DNA of 64,000 nt from an uncultured delta proteobacterium. Its GTDB lineage: Bacteria > Myxococcota_A > Polyangia > Polyangiales > JAFGIB01. The notes under the pieces were generated by a model. The model worked only from the letters and a program-made list of their open reading frames with translations. It made no database searches and was not told the origin of the DNA. Of the stretch, positions 30,686 through 41,166 are shown piece by piece (the first letter of the stretch is position 1; each line of letters begins with the position of its first letter). The translations under genes and the position numbers were made by a program. The stretch lies in assembly GCA_963778655.1 (NCBI GenBank), contig CAVZVA010000011.1, positions 1 through 64,000 of the forward strand, given 5' to 3'.

Positions 30686-32605
30686 TTGGAGTCGGATCTC
30701 GTCGAAGCGATACCAGACGCCGTCGTGCTCGTGGCCGAGGACGGGCGCATCGTCTCGGTCAACGCGTATGCCGAAACCCTGTTCGGCTACCCGCGCCACG
30801 AGCTTACCGGGCAGCCGATCGAAATGTTGGTCCCCGCGAGTCTGCGCCTCGAGCACGTGAGGCATCGCGTTGGCTACGCGGCGGCGCCGCACACGCGTCC
30901 GCTGGGTACGGGGCTCACGCTGCGCGCGAGGCGCAAAGATGGCTCGGAGCTGCCGGTGGATATCAGCCTGGCGCCCCTGGCCCGGGGCAGCGCGCGCCAC
31001 GTCATGGCGGTGGTGCGAGACGCGAGCGGGCGCGCAGAGACCGAGCGCGCGCTGCGGGCTTCCGAGCACAAGTACCGGGTGCTGTTCGACAGCATTCCGC
31101 TCGCGGCGGTGGTGCACGACGCGCAGAGCGGTCGCATCGAGTCGGTCAACGACGCCGCGGTCCAGCAGTACGGCTACAGCCGTGAGGAGCTGCGCGGCAT
31201 GCGGGTGCCGGACCTGGCCGCACCGGAAGCGAGCGCCGGGCCTCGGGGCGAAGAGCCGCCGCGACCGCGACCGAGCGCGGACGGCACGGCGCAATACGCG
31301 GCCCAACGCCACCGCAAAAAGAACGGCTCGCTGATCGATGTCGAGGTGATCTCGCACGCGGCCGCTTTCGGCGAACGCCCTAGCTTGCTCTCGATCATGA
31401 CCGACGTGACCGAACGGCGTCAGCTCGAGGAGCAGCTCCGTCAAGCCCAGAAGCTGGAAGCGATCGGACGGCTGGCCGGAGGCGTCGCGCACGATTTCAA
31501 CAACGCGCTCGCGGCGATCCTCGGGATCTCGGGCGTGGTGCTGGAGGACCTGCGCGAAGACGATCCTCTGCGCAATGACCTCGAGGATATCCGCAGCGCC
31601 GGCGAGCGCGCCGCCGGCCTCACGCGACAATTGTTGGCGTTCTCGCGCAAGCAGGTCAGCGCGCCGAGGCCGGTCGACCTGAACGCGGTGGTCCGCGAGG
31701 TCGAGCGCATGCTTCGCCGCCTGATCGGCGAGGACATCGAGCTCGAGCTGCGCTTGATGCGGACGGCCGCCACGGTGGTCGCGGATCCGACCCAGATCGA
31801 GCAGGTGATCGTGAACCTCGCGGTCAACGCGCGCGACGCGATGCCGGCAGGCGGCAAGCTGACGATCGAGACCGCCCATGTGGAGCTCGACGGGAGCTAC
31901 GCTCAGGCTCACACCGAGGTCACGCCGGGGCCTCATGTGATGCTGGCGGTAAGCGACACGGGCCAGGGCATGGACGACGCGGTCAAGGCGCGTCTGTTCG
32001 AGCCGTTCTTCACCACCAAGGGAAGCGGCGGCACCGGCCTCGGGCTAGCGACGGTCTATGGCGTCGTCAAACAGGCCGGCGGCTCGATCTGGGTCTACAG
32101 CGAGCCCGGCCGCGGCACGACCTTCAAGCTGTATCTGCCAAGCACGGCCACGCTCGAGGCAACTCCGATCTCGCGTTCCAGCCTGCTGCCGTCCGCGACC
32201 GGCGTGGAGACGGTCCTGCTGGTCGAGGACGACGAGGGAGTGCGCGCGGGCGCGCTCGCGATCCTGGGCAGGCGGGGCTACACCCTGCTCACCGCCCGCA
32301 ACGCGACCGAGGCCCTGGCGCTGCACGAACGCCACGCCGGGCCGATTCACCTGGTGCTGACCGACGTGGTGATGCCCGGCATGAACGGTCGCGCGCTCGC
32401 GGAACGCCTCACTGCGCTGCGGCCCGAGCTGCGTGTCCTGTACATGTCCGGCTACACCGACAGCACCATCGCGCACCACGGCGTGCTCGACCCAGACGCG
32501 TACTTCATCCAGAAGCCCTTCACGCCGGATTCGCTTTCGCGCAAGGTACGGGAGGTGCTCGACCGCGATCGCAGCCCCCCGGACGGCTCGCCCGCGACCC
32601 CATGA
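30686..32605 (+). CDS. PAS-PAS hybrid histidine kinase/response regulator
   Basis: Two PAS domains; GVAHDFNN, NARDA, FEPFFTTK, GTGLGL; C-terminal REC domain (TDVVMP, KPF). Confidence 0.93.
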   Translation: MESDLVEAIPDAVVLVAEDGRIVSVNAYAETLFGYPRHELTGQPIEMLVPASLRLEHVRHRVGYAAAPHTRPLGTGLTLRARRKDGSELPVDISLAPLARGSARHVMAVVRDASGRAETERALRASEHKYRVLFDSIPLAAVVHDAQSGRIESVNDAAVQQYGYSREELRGMRVPDLAAPEASAGPRGEEPPRPRPSADGTAQYAAQRHRKKNGSLIDVEVISHAAAFGERPSLLSIMTDVTERRQLEEQLRQAQKLEAIGRLAGGVAHDFNNALAAILGISGVVLEDLREDDPLRNDLEDIRSAGERAAGLTRQLLAFSRKQVSAPRPVDLNAVVREVERMLRRLIGEDIELELRLMRTAATVVADPTQIEQVIVNLAVNARDAMPAGGKLTIETAHVELDGSYAQAHTEVTPGPHVMLAVSDTGQGMDDAVKARLFEPFFTTKGSGGTGLGLATVYGVVKQAGGSIWVYSEPGRGTTFKLYLPSTATLEATPISRSSLLPSATGVETVLLVEDDEGVRAGALAILGRRGYTLLTARNATEALALHERHAGPIHLVLTDVVMPGMNGRALAERLTALRPELRVLYMSGYTDSTIAHHGVLDPDAYFIQKPFTPDSLSRKVREVLDRDRSPPDGSPATP

Positions 32606-33315
32606 CGGTGGACGCTCCACAGGCGGCTGCATGCCGCCTCGGCATCTGGGGGGTGCGCTCGGCAATCGCGGGGATCGTGTGCTCGGGCCCGCTCGCGGTC
32701 GCGGTCGTGAACGCGACGCACCCGCAACCCGCATGGCGGAACGCGCGCGTGTTCATCGCCAACTATCACCCGGTGCAGGCGCTGCCGTACTTCTGCGGTT
32801 TGCTGTTCGTCGGCGGCTGCGTGGTGCTGGTGGCCGCCTTGCGCGGGCTGGCAGGGCCGGCGCAGGCCGCGAGCTGCCGCCTGGGGCTGCTGGCGAGCGG
32901 TCTGGGCGCGAGCTTCATCTGCCTCAACTACGTGGTGCAGACCACCTTCGTGCCGGCGCTGGTGCGCGACGGGCGGCCGGAGCTCGAGGTCGTTATCGGC
33001 TCGCTGACCATGGCCAACCCGGGCTCGCTGGCCTGGGCGCTCGAGATGTGGGGCTACGCCTTTCTGGGGCTGGGCTCGTGGCTCGCCGCGCCGGTGCTGA
33101 ACGCAAACCGCCTGGAGCGCCGCGCCGCCGCGTTGCTCGCGGGCAACGGCGTGATCGGCATCGCCGGGGCCGCGATCAGCGTGGCCCGCTTGGAATGGGT
33201 GCTCGGCACGCCGGGTTTGCTCAGCTACGCCGCCTGGAACGCATACTTCCTGCTCACGCTGGCGCTGGTCGGGCTGGCCCTGAAGCGCCGCGTTGCCGCC
33301 CCGACCCCGGCGTGA
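32602..33315 (+). CDS. Integral membrane protein of unknown function
   Basis: About six hydrophobic segments; ATGA overlap with the kinase. Confidence 0.7.
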   Translation: MTVDAPQAAACRLGIWGVRSAIAGIVCSGPLAVAVVNATHPQPAWRNARVFIANYHPVQALPYFCGLLFVGGCVVLVAALRGLAGPAQAASCRLGLLASGLGASFICLNYVVQTTFVPALVRDGRPELEVVIGSLTMANPGSLAWALEMWGYAFLGLGSWLAAPVLNANRLERRAAALLAGNGVIGIAGAAISVARLEWVLGTPGLLSYAAWNAYFLLTLALVGLALKRRVAAPTPA

Positions 33316-33370
33316 CGCGCACACGGCCCTGGCGGGGGCCCGCGTGCCAACGCTGTCCAGGCAGCGCGCG

Positions 33371-33392
33371 TTCCTGATGATTTCTTTACACC
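33371..33392 (+). promoter_or_regulatory. Possible KdpE-binding site
   Basis: T-rich TGATTTCTTTACA resembling the TTTACA-ending KdpE box, upstream of the kdp operon. Confidence 0.45.
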
Positions 33393-33489
33393 TCCCGGGC
33401 TCACCTTGACTCGGCGTTGATGTGCAAGGGCCTAGATTGAGCCGCGAAGGAGGCGGTTGTCTCGCGTGCGGGGCAACCGCGCGCCGACC

Positions 33490-33570
33490 ATGGACGTGTT
33501 GTTTCTCGCCATCGCGATCGCGTTCTTCGTCGTGACCTGGGGTTTCGTGCGCCTGTGCGAAAGGGTGTGA
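33490..33570 (+). CDS. 26-aa hydrophobic peptide upstream of kdpF (not in the ORF track)
   Basis: MDVLFLAIAIAFFVVTWGFVRLCERV; single TM; 4 nt before kdpF. Confidence 0.7.
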   Translation: MDVLFLAIAIAFFVVTWGFVRLCERV

Positions 33571-33574
33571 CGCC

Positions 33575-33667
33575 ATGACCGCGCTGACCTGGCTGGGCGG
33601 CGGGCTCGCCGCGCTGCTGCTCGTGTATCTGATGGTCGCGCTGCTCTACCCGGAGAAGTTGTCGTGA
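33575..33667 (+). CDS. kdpF: K+-transporting ATPase subunit F (not in the ORF track)
   Basis: [37 protein letters not shown] motif; GTGA overlap with kdpA. Confidence 0.85.
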   Translation: MTALTWLGGGLAALLLVYLMVALLYPEKLS

Positions 33668-35505
33668 CCGCGCATACGCTGTTGCAGTACGCCCTGTACT
33701 TCGGGGCCTTGATCGGGCTGAGCCTGCCGCTCGGCGCCTACATGGCGCGCGTCTACGAAGGCAAGGCCACGCGTGCCCAGCACGTGCTCGGGCCGCTCGA
33801 GCGCCTGATCTACCGGCTGTGCGGCGTGCGGCCGGACGAGGACATGAGCTGGCAGCGCTACACCGGCGCGGTGCTGCTGTTCAACCTGCTCGGCTTGCTC
33901 GCCGTCTACACCCTGCAGCGCCTGCAGAGCTTGCTCCCGCTCAATCCCGACACCATGACAGCGGTCCCGCCCGAGGTCGCGTTCAACACCGCCGTGAGCT
34001 TCGCCAGCAACACCAACTGGCAGGTCTACGGCGGCGAGACGACCATGAGCTACCTCACGCAGATGCTCGCGCTGACGGTGCAGAACTTCGTCTCGGCCGC
34101 CACCGGGATGGCGATCCTGGTCGCGCTGATCCGCGGCTTCGTGCGGCGTTCCGCCAGCGGCGTGGGCAGCTTCTGGGTCGACCTGACGCGCAGCGTCGTG
34201 TACGTGCTGCTGCCGCTGTCGGCGATCTTCGCGCTGGCGCTGGTCTCGCAGGGGGTGGTCCAGACCTTCGGCGCCCACGCCACCGCGCGGCTGCTCGAGG
34301 CCACGAGCGCGGCCGATCACACGCGCGTGACCGAGCAGGTGCTCGCGCTCGGGCCCGTGGCCTCGCAGATCGCGATCAAGCAGCTCGGCACCAACGGCGG
34401 CGGCTTCTTCAACATCAACTCCGCCCATCCATTCGAGAACGCCACGCCGCTGTCGAATTTCCTCGAGCTGCTCGCGATTCTGTTGGTCCCGACCGCGCTG
34501 TGCTTCAGCTTTGGCGCGATGGTCAGGGACAAGCGCCAGGGACGCGCCCTGCTCGCGGCGATGATCGTGATCTTCGTACCTCTGCTGCTGCTGTGCGCCG
34601 GCTCCGAGCAAGCCGGCAACCCGGTGCTCTCGGCGCTGGGCGCCGACCAGAGCGCGAGCGCGCTGCAAGCCGGCGGCAACATGGAGGGCAAGGAAGTGCG
34701 CTTCGGCATCGGCACCAGCGCGCTGTGGGCGGCGGCCACCACCGCCGCCAGCAACGGCTCGGTCAACGCGATGCACGACAGCTTCACCCCGCTCGGCGGC
34801 TTCGTGCCGTTGTGGCTGATCCAGTACGGCGAGGTGATCTTCGGCGGCGTCGGCTGCGGCCTCTACGGCATGCTGATGTATGCGATCATCGCCGTGTTCG
34901 TGGCCGGCCTGATGGTCGGGCGCACGCCCGAGTACCTGGGCAAGAAGATCGAGGCCTTCGAGATGAAGATGGCTTCATTGGTGATCTTGCTCTCCTGCGC
35001 ACCCATGCTGATCGGGACCGCGATCGCCTGCGTGCTGCCCGCGGGCACCGCGCCGCTCGGCAACCCGGGCGCGCACGGGTTCAGCGAGATCCTGTACGCG
35101 TTCAGCTCCGGAGCCGGCAACAACGGCTCGGCCTTCGCCGGCCTCACCGCGAGCGGGATGTTCTACGCCACCGCGATCGGGCTCGCGATGCTGATCGGCC
35201 GCTACTGGCTGATCGTGCCGGTGCTGGCGGTCGCCGGCTCGCTGGCGCGCAAGAAGGCGGTGCCGGCCACGAGCGGCACGCTGCCCACGCACACACCGCT
35301 GTTCGTGGCATTGCTCGCCGGCACGGTGCTGCTGGTCGGTGCGCTGACCTTCTTTCCCGCGCTGGCGCTCGGCCCGATCGTCGAGCAGCTCGCTCTCACC
35401 GGGGAGGGCACGCCCCCTCCCCGCCCCGCCGGCGAAGCCGTCGGGGCCCCACCCCTCGGCGCGGCTCGCTTCGCTCGCTCGCCACGGCAGTGGGTGAAGC
35501 CATGA
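33664..35505 (+). CDS. kdpA: K+-transporting ATPase subunit A
   Basis: [26 protein letters not shown] filter motifs; atypical Pro-rich C-terminal tail. Confidence 0.97.
   Translation: MTAHTLLQYALYFGALIGLSLPLGAYMARVYEGKATRAQHVLGPLERLIYRLCGVRPDEDMSWQRYTGAVLLFNLLGLLAVYTLQRLQSLLPLNPDTMTAVPPEVAFNTAVSFASNTNWQVYGGETTMSYLTQMLALTVQNFVSAATGMAILVALIRGFVRRSASGVGSFWVDLTRSVVYVLLPLSAIFALALVSQGVVQTFGAHATARLLEATSAADHTRVTEQVLALGPVASQIAIKQLGTNGGGFFNINSAHPFENATPLSNFLELLAILLVPTALCFSFGAMVRDKRQGRALLAAMIVIFVPLLLLCAGSEQAGNPVLSALGADQSASALQAGGNMEGKEVRFGIGTSALWAAATTAASNGSVNAMHDSFTPLGGFVPLWLIQYGEVIFGGVGCGLYGMLMYAIIAVFVAGLMVGRTPEYLGKKIEAFEMKMASLVILLSCAPMLIGTAIACVLPAGTAPLGNPGAHGFSEILYAFSSGAGNNGSAFAGLTASGMFYATAIGLAMLIGRYWLIVPVLAVAGSLARKKAVPATSGTLPTHTPLFVALLAGTVLLVGALTFFPALALGPIVEQLALTGEGTPPPRPAGEAVGAPPLGAARFARSPRQWVKP
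35401..35482 (+). repeat. ACGC-loop hairpin repeat, in-frame in the kdpA 3' end
   Basis: GGGGAGGG-CACGCC-CCCTCCCC, second hairpin, CGGGGCCCCACCCC, GCTCGCTTCGCTCGC. Confidence 0.7.
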
Positions 35506-37649
35506 CGCACAAGGCTCAAGCTCGCCCGTTGTTCGACCCGGCAATCGTGCAGCGCGCGGTGGCGGATTCCTTCCGCAAGCTCGACCCGCGGCTGATGCTG
35601 AAGAACCCGGTCATGTTCGTGGTCGAGGTGGGCAGCGCGTTCACCACGCTGCTGTTTCTGCACGCCGCGATCACGGGCCACGGCGAGGCTCCCGCCAGCT
35701 TCATCTTCGCGGTCTGCATCTGGCTGTGGTTCACCGTGCTCTTCGCCAACTTCGCCGAGGCCATGGCCGAGGGCCGCGGCAAGGCGCAGGCCGACACGTT
35801 GCGCAAGGCGCGCAAGGACGTGGTGGCCAAGCGGATCGTTGCGGGGCGGCACGCGCCGCCCCGCAACGACGAAGTGAATTCGTCGGGGCCCCACCCCACG
35901 CGAGAGGGAGCTGCGCTCCCCACGCGACTCGCGCACGAGGAGGTCGCCTCCGCTCGCCTGCGCAAGGACGACGTCGTGCTGGTCGAAGCCGGCGACTTCA
36001 TCCCCGGCGACGGCGAGATCGTCGAGGGCGTCGCCTCGGTGGACGAGAGCGCGATCACGGGGGAAAGCGCGCCCGTGATCCGCGAGAGCGGCGGGGATCG
36101 CAGCGCGGTCACCGGAGGCACGCGCGTGCTGTCCGACTGGCTGGTGGTGCGCATCACGGCCAACCCGGGCGAGGCGTTCCTGGACCGCATGATCTCGCTG
36201 GTCGAGAGCGCCAAGCGCCAGAAGACCCCGAACGAGATCGCGCTCGACATCCTGCTCGCCGGCCTGACCGTGATCTTCTTGCTGGTGACGGTGACCCTGC
36301 TTCCGTACTCGGCCTACGCGGTCAAGAGCGCGGGCCACGGCACCGTGGTCAGCGCGACCGTGCTCACCGCGCTGCTGGTGTGCCTGATCCCGACGACCAT
36401 TGGCGGCCTGCTCTCCGCGATCGGGATCGCCGGCATGGACCGCATGATCCAGGCCAACGTGATCGCGACCTCGGGCCGAGCGGTGGAGGCCGCGGGCGAC
36501 GTCGACGTGCTGCTGCTGGACAAGACCGGCACCATCACGCTCGGCAACCGCGAGGCCACGCTGTTCGTGCCTGCCCCGTCGGTGCAACCGCACGAGCTGG
36601 CCGGCGCCGCGCAGCTCGCCTCGCTCGCGGACGAGACGCCCGAGGGCCGCAGCATCGTGGTGCTGGCCAAGGAGAAGCACGGCCTGCGCGGGCGCGATAT
36701 CAAGCAGCTCGGCGCGACCTTCGTTCCCTTCAGCGCACAGACGCGGATGAGCGGGGTGGACCTCGACGGGCGGCGCATCCGCAAGGGCGCAGCGGATGCG
36801 GTCGCCGCGTTCGTACGCGAGCTGGGCGGCAGCGTACCGGCGGACGTGCAGCTCGCGGTCCAGGAGATCGCCAAGCAGGGCGCGACACCGCTGGTGGTCA
36901 CGGACGGGGCGCGCGTGCTCGGCGTGGTGCAGCTCAAGGACATCGTCAAGGGCGGCATCAAGGAGCGCTTCGATCAGATGCGCAGGATCGGCATCCGCAC
37001 CGTGATGATCACCGGCGACAACCCGCTCACCGCCGCCGCGATCGCCGCCGAGGCAGGCGTCGACGACTTTCTGGCCGAGGCCACGCCCGAGGCCAAGCTG
37101 GCGATGATTCGCGACTACCAGCGCAAGGGCCACCTGGTGGCGATGACCGGCGATGGGACCAACGACGCGCCCGCGCTGGCGCAGGCCGACGTCGCGGTGG
37201 CGATGAACACCGGCACCCAGGCCGCCAAGGAGGCCGGCAACATGGTCGATCTTGACAGCAATCCGACCAAGCTGCTCTCGGTGGTCGAGATCGGCAAGCA
37301 GATGCTGATGACGCGAGGCGCGCTCACCACCTTCAGCATTGCGAACGACGTGTCCAAGTATTTCGCGATCATCCCGGCCGCGTTCGTCGGCACCTACCCC
37401 GCGCTGTCGGCGCTCAACGTCATGCACCTTCATTCGCCGGCCACGGCGGTGCTGTCGGCCGTGATCTTCAACGCGCTGGTGATCGTCGCGCTGATTCCGC
37501 TGGCCTTGCGTGGCATCGAGTACCGCCCCGCACCGGCCTCGGCGCTGCTGCAGCGCAACTTGCTGGTCTACGGCCTGGGGGGGCTCTTGCTGCCGTTCCC
37601 ATTCATCAAGGTCATCGACCTCGGGCTCACCGCGCTGGGTGTGAGCTGA
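35502..37649 (+). CDS. kdpB: K+-transporting ATPase subunit B
   Basis: KNPVMF, TGES, DKTGT, KGA, TGDN, GDGTND. Confidence 0.97.
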   Translation: MTHKAQARPLFDPAIVQRAVADSFRKLDPRLMLKNPVMFVVEVGSAFTTLLFLHAAITGHGEAPASFIFAVCIWLWFTVLFANFAEAMAEGRGKAQADTLRKARKDVVAKRIVAGRHAPPRNDEVNSSGPHPTREGAALPTRLAHEEVASARLRKDDVVLVEAGDFIPGDGEIVEGVASVDESAITGESAPVIRESGGDRSAVTGGTRVLSDWLVVRITANPGEAFLDRMISLVESAKRQKTPNEIALDILLAGLTVIFLLVTVTLLPYSAYAVKSAGHGTVVSATVLTALLVCLIPTTIGGLLSAIGIAGMDRMIQANVIATSGRAVEAAGDVDVLLLDKTGTITLGNREATLFVPAPSVQPHELAGAAQLASLADETPEGRSIVVLAKEKHGLRGRDIKQLGATFVPFSAQTRMSGVDLDGRRIRKGAADAVAAFVRELGGSVPADVQLAVQEIAKQGATPLVVTDGARVLGVVQLKDIVKGGIKERFDQMRRIGIRTVMITGDNPLTAAAIAAEAGVDDFLAEATPEAKLAMIRDYQRKGHLVAMTGDGTNDAPALAQADVAVAMNTGTQAAKEAGNMVDLDSNPTKLLSVVEIGKQMLMTRGALTTFSIANDVSKYFAIIPAAFVGTYPALSALNVMHLHSPATAVLSAVIFNALVIVALIPLALRGIEYRPAPASALLQRNLLVYGLGGLLLPFPFIKVIDLGLTALGVS
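35836..35933 (+). repeat. ACGC-loop hairpin repeat, in-frame in the kdpB actuator-domain loop
   Basis: TCGTTGCGGGGCGGC-ACGC-GCCGCCCCGCAACGA, GACGAA/TTCGTC hairpin, CGGGGCCCCACCCCACGCGAG. Confidence 0.75.
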
Positions 37650-37669
37650 AGAAGCTGGAGGTCTCCGTC

Positions 37670-38338
37670 ATGAGCCCCACCACGCAAACCGCAGTCGGCT
37701 CGCTCGAGCGTGAGGCGCCCGCGCTGCCGCCGCGCGCGGGGGCCCGCGCCGGCCTGCTCTCGCTGATGCGGCCGGCAGCCATGCTGCTGCTCGCGTTCAG
37801 TCTGCTCACCGGCTTGCTCTACCCGCTCGTGATCACGGGCGTGGCGCAGGTGTTGTTCCCGCAGCAGGCGAACGGCAGCCTGATCCGCGATCACGGCAAG
37901 GTCGTCGGCTCCGCGCTGATCGGCCAGGCCTTCGACGCGCCCGGCTACTTCTGGTCGCGGCCGTCGGTCACGGCGCCCTACCCCTACAACGCAGGCTCGT
38001 CCGGCGCCAGCAACCTCGGGCCGCTCAACCCGGCGCTGCACGACGCCGTCGCCGCCCGGATCAAAGCGCTGCGCGAGGCCGACCCCGGCAACACCGCGCC
38101 GGTGCCCGTCGACCTGGTGACCTCCTCGGGCAGCGGGCTCGACCCGCACATCACGCCGGCCGCCGCCTATTTTCAGGTCGGTCGCGTGGCACGGGCGCGC
38201 GGCCTGCCCGCGGGTGCCGTGCGCGAGCTGGTGCGCCGGCAGGTCGAGGCGCCCACCTTCGGCGTGCTCGGCGAGGCACGCGTCAACGTGCTGCTGCTCA
38301 ACCGAGCGCTCGACCACCTGGGCCGGGCAGCAATGTAG
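37670..38338 (+). CDS. kdpC: K+-transporting ATPase subunit C
   Basis: [45 protein letters not shown]. Confidence 0.96.
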   Translation: MSPTTQTAVGSLEREAPALPPRAGARAGLLSLMRPAAMLLLAFSLLTGLLYPLVITGVAQVLFPQQANGSLIRDHGKVVGSALIGQAFDAPGYFWSRPSVTAPYPYNAGSSGASNLGPLNPALHDAVAARIKALREADPGNTAPVPVDLVTSSGSGLDPHITPAAAYFQVGRVARARGLPAGAVRELVRRQVEAPTFGVLGEARVNVLLLNRALDHLGRAAM

Positions 38339-38439
38339 CGGGCGCGAAGGCGGGGCCCGCCCTATGGCGCGCAGCTTGAAGACGGCTTGGAGCCCGCAAT
38401 AATGATCGACGCGCGACCAGCCGAGCTCGGTGAGAGAGC

Positions 38440-41166
38440 GTGACGGAGACCGCGGCCAGACCCGATCCGGACGCCTTGCTGCGCCGGATCAAGCAAGACG
38501 AGGCGCGCACGCGCCGCGCCAAGCTCAAGATCTTCTTCGGCTTCGCGCCCGGCGTCGGCAAGACCTACCGCATGCTGCAGGTCGCGCGCGACCTGGTGAC
38601 GGAGCACAACACCGACCTGGTGGTCGGCTTGGTCGAGACCCATCGCCGCCCGGAGACCGCGAGCATGCTGCTCGGCCTCGACATCCTGCCGCGGCGCAAG
38701 CTCGAGCACCGCGGGCGTACGCTCGAAGAGCTCGACCTGGACGCCGCGCTGGCGCGCAAGCCCAAGCTGATCCTGGTCGACGAGCTCGCGCACACCAACG
38801 CCCCCGGCTCGCGCCACGCCAAGCGCTGGCAGGACGTGCTCGAGCTGCTCGACGCGGGCATCGACGTCTTCACCACCGTCAACGTGCAGCACGTCGAGAG
38901 CCTCAACGACGTGGTGGCGCAGATCACGCACGTGCGGGTGCGTGAGACCATTCCCGACTCGGTGCTCGACCGCGCCGACGAGATCGAGCTGGTCGACCTG
39001 CCACCCGAGGACCTGCTGGTGCGACTGCGCGAAGGCAAGGTCTACCTGCCCGAGCAGGCCGCGCGCGCAGCCGATCACTTCTTCCAGCGCGGGAACCTGC
39101 TGGCGCTGCGCGAGCTGGCGTTGCGCCGCACCGCCGATCGCGTCGACGCCGAGATGCAGGCCTATCGCGAGGAGCACCAGATCCACACGACCTGGCCGGC
39201 CGGCGAGCGCATCCTGGTGTGCATCAGCCCGAGCCCGGCGTCGGTCCGCCTGGTGCGCGCCGCGCGGCGCGTGGCGGCCGGCCTGCGCTCGCCCTGGGTC
39301 GCGGCCTACGTCGAGCCGACCGCGATCGCGCCGCTCTCGGAGGCCGACCGCGATCGGCTCGACGCGCATCTGCGCATGGTGGAGACCCTGGGCGGCGAGG
39401 TCGCCCGCCTGACCGGAGCGCGCATCGGCCCCACCTTGCTCGCGTACGCACGCGAGCATAACGTCACGCGCATCGTGATCGGCAAGCCCACGCATCCGCG
39501 GCTGCGCGATCGGCTGCGCGGCTCGCTGCTCGACGAGCTGGTGCGCGGCAGCGGCGACATCGACGTGCACGTCATCTCCGGCGACGAAGGCGAGGCCGAG
39601 CCCGGTGCGCGCCGCCCGCGTCCCGCCGCGCCGCTCGCGCCCAGCGGCTTCGGTTGGGCGCTCGTGCTGGTGGCGCTCGCCACCTCCGCCGGCTGGGCGC
39701 TGCGTGCCGTGCTCGCGCTGCCCGACCTGGTGATGCTCTACCTGCTCGTGATCATGGTGGTGGCGATCCGCTTCGGCCGCGCGCCCTCGGTGCTGACCGC
39801 GGCGCTGTCGGTCGCCGGCTACGACTTCTTCTTCGTGCAGCCGCTCTACACCTTCGCGGTCACGGACATGCGCCACGTGCTGACCTTCGCGATGATGTTC
39901 GGCGTGGGGCTGCTGATCAGCGATCTCACCTTGCGCATCCGGCGCCAGGAGCGCAGCGCCTCCGAGCGCGAGCGCCGCACCGCGGCGCTGTATGCGCTGA
40001 GCCGCAGGCTGACCTCGGCCTCGAGCGAGGCGGATGCGGCGAGCACGCTGGCCGAGCACGTGGCCGCCTTGTTCGCCTGCGCGGCCGAGGTGCGGCTCGC
40101 CGGAGCCAACGCGACCTTGCTCGCGCTCGGCAGGGGCGGCCCGGCGCTCCCGCACGACGCCGGCGACGAGGGCGTCGCGCGTTGGGTGCTCGATCACGGG
40201 CGCCCGGCGGGGCTCGGCACCGACACGCTGCCGGGTGCGCGCGTGGTATGCCTGCCCCTGCGCTCCGGCGCCGAGGTGCTCGGCGTGCTGTTGCTCGCGC
40301 CCAACACCGGACGCGCGCTGCACGTCGAGGACGAGGATCTGCTCGAGGCCTTCGCGCAGCAGGCCGCGCTGGCGATCGAGCGCGCACGGCTGGTCGAGGA
40401 CGCCAAAGCGGCGGCCTTGCGTGCCCGCACCGAGGAGATGCGCAGCTCGCTGTTGAGCGCCGTCTCGCACGACCTGAGGACTCCGCTCGCGGTCATCACC
40501 GGCGCGGCTACCAGCCTGCGCGACGAAGCCACGGGCATGTCGGACGGCCAACGCCGCGACTTGATCGACACGATCTGCGAGGAAGCAGAGAGGTTGGAGC
40601 GCCTGGTCGGCAACCTGCTCGACATGACCCGGCTCGAATCCGGCGGCCTCACCCTCAAGCGCGAGTGGGTGCCGCTCGAGGAGCTGCTCGGCGCGGCGCT
40701 CGGACGGCTCGAGGACAGACTGCAGGGCCGCGAGATCCACACCGAGTTGCCGGCGGACCTGCCGTTCCTCTTGGTCGACCCGGTGCTGTTGGAGCAGCTC
40801 TTCGTGAACTTGCTGGAAAACGCCGCCAAGTACACCAGGCCGGGCTCTCCGATCGACGTCAGGGCCCAGAGCGAGCCCGGCTCGGTGGTGATCGAGATCG
40901 CCGACCGGGGCCCCGGCATCCCCGAGGCGGCCCGCGAGGAGATCTTCCAGAAGTTCTACCGTGGCCCCCACGTGGGGATTTCCGGCGTCGGCCTGGGGCT
41001 GCCCATCTGCCGTGGCATCGCCGAAGCTCACGGCGGCTCGATCGAGGCGCGCGATCGAGAGGGCGGGGGCGCCGTGTTTCGCGTTACGCTTCCGCTGGTG
41101 GGACCCGCACCCTCGCTGCCCCCAGAACCGGAGACCGACGGCCTCGCCGCGAGCGCCCGATCGTGA
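38440..41166 (+). CDS. kdpD: Sensor histidine kinase KdpD
   Basis: APGVGKT, VDELAHTN, Usp domain, four TMs, GAF, SHDLRTPL, GLGL. Confidence 0.96.
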   Translation: MTETAARPDPDALLRRIKQDEARTRRAKLKIFFGFAPGVGKTYRMLQVARDLVTEHNTDLVVGLVETHRRPETASMLLGLDILPRRKLEHRGRTLEELDLDAALARKPKLILVDELAHTNAPGSRHAKRWQDVLELLDAGIDVFTTVNVQHVESLNDVVAQITHVRVRETIPDSVLDRADEIELVDLPPEDLLVRLREGKVYLPEQAARAADHFFQRGNLLALRELALRRTADRVDAEMQAYREEHQIHTTWPAGERILVCISPSPASVRLVRAARRVAAGLRSPWVAAYVEPTAIAPLSEADRDRLDAHLRMVETLGGEVARLTGARIGPTLLAYAREHNVTRIVIGKPTHPRLRDRLRGSLLDELVRGSGDIDVHVISGDEGEAEPGARRPRPAAPLAPSGFGWALVLVALATSAGWALRAVLALPDLVMLYLLVIMVVAIRFGRAPSVLTAALSVAGYDFFFVQPLYTFAVTDMRHVLTFAMMFGVGLLISDLTLRIRRQERSASERERRTAALYALSRRLTSASSEADAASTLAEHVAALFACAAEVRLAGANATLLALGRGGPALPHDAGDEGVARWVLDHGRPAGLGTDTLPGARVVCLPLRSGAEVLGVLLLAPNTGRALHVEDEDLLEAFAQQAALAIERARLVEDAKAAALRARTEEMRSSLLSAVSHDLRTPLAVITGAATSLRDEATGMSDGQRRDLIDTICEEAERLERLVGNLLDMTRLESGGLTLKREWVPLEELLGAALGRLEDRLQGREIHTELPADLPFLLVDPVLLEQLFVNLLENAAKYTRPGSPIDVRAQSEPGSVVIEIADRGPGIPEAAREEIFQKFYRGPHVGISGVGLGLPICRGIAEAHGGSIEARDREGGGAVFRVTLPLVGPAPSLPPEPETDGLAASARS

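Noticed and set aside
33819..35501. Apparent 1276-aa KdpB with an N-terminal extension
   Set aside because: The upstream part is an off-frame read of kdpA. The true start is ATG 35502, overlapping the kdpA stop.
38362..41031. Long antisense or alternate-frame ORFs (also 5589-8153, 35202-37433, 48937-51174, 55088-57346)
   Set aside because: Typical high-GC shadow ORFs overlapping genes with clear family motifs.
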